From an uncultured Syntrophobacterales bacterium (GTDB taxonomy: Bacteria > Desulfobacterota > Syntrophia > Syntrophales > UBA5619), in the NCBI GenBank assembly GCA_903928915.1, contig CAIYSL010000018.1, positions 90,075 through 154,074 of the forward strand: a stretch of 64,000 nt of DNA, in the 5' to 3' direction. Under the pieces are notes generated by a model that made no database searches, had not been told where the DNA came from, and was given only the letters and a program-made list of their open reading frames with translations. Position numbers and translations under genes: made by a program. Positions 63,237 to 64,000 of this stretch are shown in pieces; position 1 is the stretch's first letter, and each line of letters opens with the position of its first letter.

Positions 63237-64000
63237 ATGCGGCGGATCCGGAGGGCCCTGTTCTGTCTGCTGGGCGCCCTTGTGCTTTCGGCCTGCTCTG
63301 GCGACGGCGGCGCCCTGTCGAACCGAACCGTCTACACCCTGGACGCCAACGCCTCCGGGATGATCGAAACCATCAACAACATCCTGAACATGACGGTGGT
63401 GTCGCGGGACGCGAACGACCTGAAGGCCGAGTACCGGGCCGGGTTCGTCCAGGGGAAGCTCCAGGGAAAGACCATCCTGTCGGCCCGGGACAACAACTGG
63501 GACATCGCCTACCTGACGGATCCATCCCACTCCTTTCCCCGGCAGCCCGGCCCGACCCTCGCGGAACTGCGGAAGATGGCGGCGATCCTGAACGGCAACT
63601 ACAACGGGTTCATCGCCCATCTGCGGAATCCCGCGAACGACGCCGAGGTGGCGCACCGGCTGAAGCGGCTCCTCTTCCGGATGCTGGGGATCTACCACGG
63701 GGCGATCCTCGGCCAGCCGGCGGCCCTCGATTTTTCCGGGGCCTGGCTGCCCGACGGGAGTTTCTTCCGGCCGGAGGAGCTGGATGTGGGCTACGAGACC
63801 GCCGGCCTTACCTTCATGGATGTCTATCTCCTGAACGCCTTCAGCGACGTGATGGACGTGATCTCCTTCTCGGAAGAGCTGGCGCCCGGCGGGATCACGA
63901 CGGTGGATTATCCGGACAAGTGCTCCGCCTTCCTGAAGCGGACCGGAGGCGAGGTGATCCTGACCCACAACACCTGGGACGGGTTCCTCTCCCAGACCAT
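63237..64000 (+). CDS. Lipoprotein, phospholipase-B-like (Ntn-hydrolase) family, 5' part only
   Basis: Absent from the ORF track because it leaves the window. ATG 63237 follows GGGGAGG. Lipobox LVLSAC. My translation ends ...DYPDKCSAFLKRTGGEVILTHNTWDGFLSQT, resembling the autoprocessing site (xCSALIK...AHNTW) I recall for PLBD-type proteins. Confidence 0.55.
   Translation, partial: MRRIRRALFCLLGALVLSACSGDGGALSNRTVYTLDANASGMIETINNILNMTVVSRDANDLKAEYRAGFVQGKLQGKTILSARDNNWDIAYLTDPSHSFPRQPGPTLAELRKMAAILNGNYNGFIAHLRNPANDAEVAHRLKRLLFRMLGIYHGAILGQPAALDFSGAWLPDGSFFRPEELDVGYETAGLTFMDVYLLNAFSDVMDVISFSEELAPGGITTVDYPDKCSAFLKRTGGEVILTHNTWDGFLSQT

Noticed and set aside
1-64000. tRNA, rRNA, tmRNA, riboswitch and CRISPR scan by eye
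   Set aside because: I found no T-arm-like GGTTCGAATCC motifs, no rRNA-like conserved blocks and no short direct-repeat/spacer arrays. A covariance-model scan would be needed to exclude small RNAs.

Overview
This is a high-GC bacterial chromosomal segment, roughly two-thirds G+C by eye (not computed). I support about 58 protein-coding genes. I saw no rRNA, tRNA, CRISPR array, transposase or integrase. Many long ORFs in the track are Arg/Pro/Gly-rich antisense shadow frames typical of high-GC DNA and were discarded. Several real genes start at internal ATGs, which I checked against the sequence.

Gene content in order:
- A CoxSML/xanthine-dehydrogenase-type molybdoenzyme, truncated at the window start, and a divergent FAD-linked oxidase.
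- A TPR protein and two orphan lipoproteins.
- A tripartite tricarboxylate transporter locus in tctA-tctB-tctC order.
- A VOC enzyme and a frameshifted seven-blade beta-propeller repeat gene.
- An SDR and a fused flavodoxin-fold / iron-sulfur-flavoprotein-like protein.
- An ABC ATPase, ABC-2 permease and LolA-like module, with a perfect 20-bp C-tract/G-tract hairpin at the gene junction.
- An M42 peptidase and a Gfo/Idh/MocA oxidoreductase.
- An AT-richer patch with a possibly aegerolysin-like lipoprotein.
- A roughly 12-kb same-strand accessory catabolic island headed by GntR: M24 hydrolase, two dehydrogenases, an orphan family-5 binding protein, a LarA-N-like protein, a quinone oxidoreductase, a second transporter locus in tctC-tctB-tctA order, and a racemase-like protein.
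- A lower-GC AraC plus tandem-SnoaL cassette flanked by apparent gene remnants.
- An alcohol dehydrogenase, glycyl-radical enzyme and activase operon, with a universal stress protein and an MFS transporter nearby.
- A DEAD-box helicase, typA, redox and stress genes, and a PLD-type nuclease.
- A sigma54-driven amt / P-II pair and a triple-GAF adenylate cyclase.
- An octaheme CxxCK cytochrome and a phospholipase-B-like lipoprotein, truncated at the window end.

The strongest candidate for something undescribed is the glycyl-radical enzyme operon. Its putative thiyl loop reads GCVH, rather than the GCxE I recall for characterised eliminases.

All functional calls rest on motif recognition by eye. 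No database search was possible.
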